From assembly GCA_904501795.1 (NCBI GenBank), contig CAJGCK010000001.1, positions 1-47,452 on the forward strand: a stretch of 47,452 nt of DNA, in the 5' to 3' direction. Below the pieces are notes generated by a model, which saw only the letters and a list, made by a program, of their open reading frames with translations, ran no database searches and had not been told where the DNA came from. The translations under genes were made by a program, and so were the position numbers. Below, one piece after another: positions 45,934-47,452 of this stretch (the first letter of the stretch is position 1; the number at the start of each line of letters is the position of its first letter). Origin of the DNA: an uncultured Clostridia bacterium (GTDB taxonomy: Bacteria; Bacillota; Clostridia; Christensenellales; Borkfalkiaceae).

Positions 45934-45978
45934 GAGACCTAACCCAAACCTCAGTTTGGGTTAGGCTCTTTTGTTTTT
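45934..45978 (+). terminator. Intrinsic terminator after tRNA-Ser
   Basis: GAGACCTAACCCAAAC / GTTTGGGTTAGGCTC stem with one bulge, followed by TTTTGTTTTT. Confidence 0.75.
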
Positions 45979-46085
45979 AAATCCTTGTTTAAGGGCTTTT
46001 ACTTTTTGCCTAAAAATCGAGCCGACTTGTATCAAGACAAGCACACGTCCTAGTGCCAAATTTATAAAATCAATATCTGATTATA

Positions 46086-46114
46086 TTGTTTTTTATTTTA
46101 AAAAGTGTTATAAT
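46086..46114 (+). promoter_or_regulatory. Extended -10 promoter of the LRR protein gene
   Basis: TGTTATAAT 46106-46114 with a weak -35 TTGTTT 46086-46091. Confidence 0.45.
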
Positions 46115-46133
46115 TTGCACACAGGAGAAAATT

Positions 46134-47090
46134 ATGAAAAAATATAAAACTTTATCAATAATTTGTGTTTTTATAATTTTAATAGTAAGTATTGTTTTGT
46201 TATGCAACAACAAATATTCAGATGGGAATGATACGCCAAAAATATTTTCAGAAGATTTCATATACGAGTTGAGTAATGATGAGTCATATTTCATTATTAC
46301 AGGGATAGGTACATACTCTAATCAAGAATTAGTTATTCCTAATGAGTTTAGGAATAAACCTATAAAAGAAATAAGAGAAAAAGCATTTAATTCCTGCTCT
46401 ATGTTTACAAGTGCTATAATACCTAATAGTGTAAATGAAATTGGTGTAGAAAGTTTTTATAATTGTGATAATTTGGTGAGTATTGCAATTGGGCGTGGCG
46501 TTGATACTATCGGTAGATGTGCTTTTGCAAATTGTAAATCACTAAGCACCATTAATGTTTCAAGTGATAATTTATCGTTTAAGTCAATCGATGGTAATCT
46601 TTATAGCAAGGATGAGAAAAAATTAATACAGTATGCTAATGGCAAAACAGATATTGCCTTTGTTGTTCCGAACAACGTTGTTAACGTTGGTGAATATGCA
46701 TTTATCGGATGTACAAAATTAACACACCTTACCATAGGGGCGAATGTTGAAGCTATTTCACCATATGCTTTTGCAAATTGTGTCGGTCTTGAAGATGTTG
46801 TATTCAACGATAAATTAAATACTATTGGTGCTTCTTCATTTTATAATTGCTCTGGGCTTACTGAAATAATTCTACCAAATAGTTTGGAGAGAATATATTT
46901 TTTTGCATTTCAAAAATGCGTTAGATTAGAAAGTATTGTATTTGATGTTTTGAATTCTTGGTACAGGACTCAAAATCAAAATGAATTCAAAAACAAGGAA
47001 GGTGGAATAGTTGTCGACATTACTAATCCGACACTAAACGCAAATTATCTTGAAAGTACATATGCGTCGCATTTTTGGTATAGGAAATAA
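46134..47090 (+). CDS. BspA-type leucine-rich repeat (LRR_5) protein with an N-terminal membrane anchor or signal
   Basis: Repeated units of the form IPNSVxxIGxxAFxxCxxLxxIxI occur throughout. The start is set at ATG 46134 (AGGAGA 46123-46128, MKKYKTLSIICVFIIL) rather than the ORF-track 46086. Confidence 0.8.
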   Translation: MKKYKTLSIICVFIILIVSIVLLCNNKYSDGNDTPKIFSEDFIYELSNDESYFIITGIGTYSNQELVIPNEFRNKPIKEIREKAFNSCSMFTSAIIPNSVNEIGVESFYNCDNLVSIAIGRGVDTIGRCAFANCKSLSTINVSSDNLSFKSIDGNLYSKDEKKLIQYANGKTDIAFVVPNNVVNVGEYAFIGCTKLTHLTIGANVEAISPYAFANCVGLEDVVFNDKLNTIGASSFYNCSGLTEIILPNSLERIYFFAFQKCVRLESIVFDVLNSWYRTQNQNEFKNKEGGIVVDITNPTLNANYLESTYASHFWYRK

Positions 47091-47141
47091 CTAATGATAA
47101 CATGCTTTATGAATTAAATATAAAATAACAAAGGAGAAATA

Positions 47142-47452
47142 ATGAAAGTATATAAATATACATTTTGGGTTTCTATTATAGTTTCATTTGTTTTGTTAGG
47201 GGCAAGTTTTTTGTTGAACACAATTCAAATTAACGAAAAAAATGAAAAATGGGTTGCATTAGCAATAAATATATGTGTCGGTATTTCTTGTAGTGCAATA
47301 GTAGTTATTGTTACAACAAAAATACAACATCTTCTAGAACTAAAAAAACAAACAGAAAAAGTAATTGATGACCCTTTTCTCTTTGGACATATATATCAAT
47401 CTGCAAAAGAAACTATTTTTAATAAAGGAAACGAAATTAACGACAAGGATAA
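47142..47452 (+). CDS. Hypothetical 2-TM protein, N-terminal part; runs off the window
   Basis: AAGGAGA 47131-47137 then ATG 47142. The frame is open to the window end. Translation: MKVYKYTFWVSIIVSFVLLGASFLLN...WVALAINICVGISCSAIVVIVTTK... Confidence 0.5.
   Translation, partial: MKVYKYTFWVSIIVSFVLLGASFLLNTIQINEKNEKWVALAINICVGISCSAIVVIVTTKIQHLLELKKQTEKVIDDPFLFGHIYQSAKETIFNKGNEINDKD

Overview
This 47.4-kb window is a chromosomal segment from a low-GC, endospore-forming Firmicute with Clostridia-like gene order. It is almost entirely tightly packed core genes.

Plus strand, 1-21.5 kb: spoVAC (partial)-spoVAD-spoVAE-yunB, T-box-controlled pheS-pheT, mutS2, a 2-TM hypothetical, cysteine desulfurase-thiI, miaB-mutS-mutL-miaA and a YnbB-like PLP enzyme. 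One class A PBP lies on the minus strand.

Minus strand, 25.2-45.7 kb: rluB-dacB-ytfJ-ytfI-scpB-scpA-M50 protease, lysA, a second DD-carboxypeptidase, spoIVB-recN-argR-nadK-tlyA-ispA-folD-nusB-asp23, the complete spoIIIAA-AH operon and lgt. The window ends with tRNA-Ser(CGA), a BspA-type LRR protein and a partial 2-TM protein.

I saw no rRNA, CRISPR array, transposase or prophage genes.

The non-routine block is 21.5-25.2 kb, exactly where gene orientation flips from + to -. It contains:
- lexA with a consensus promoter placed so that the mRNA would be leaderless, and a LexA box overlapping its -35.
- A divergent, unannotated 55-codon ORF with 8 cysteines that shares that control region.
- A catalytically complete tyrosine recombinase converging on the small ORF with a 1-nt gap.
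- A near-perfect 14-6-14 inverted repeat (dif/core-site geometry) in the very AT-rich 414-bp region upstream of the recombinase.
- A divergent PadR regulator fused to a 4-TM membrane domain.

I propose, as a hypothesis only, that this is an SOS-linked single-recombinase/site module, possibly at the replication terminus.

Several ORF-track N-termini were shortened from RBS, terminator or stop-codon evidence. Several genes lack any recognisable Shine-Dalgarno sequence.
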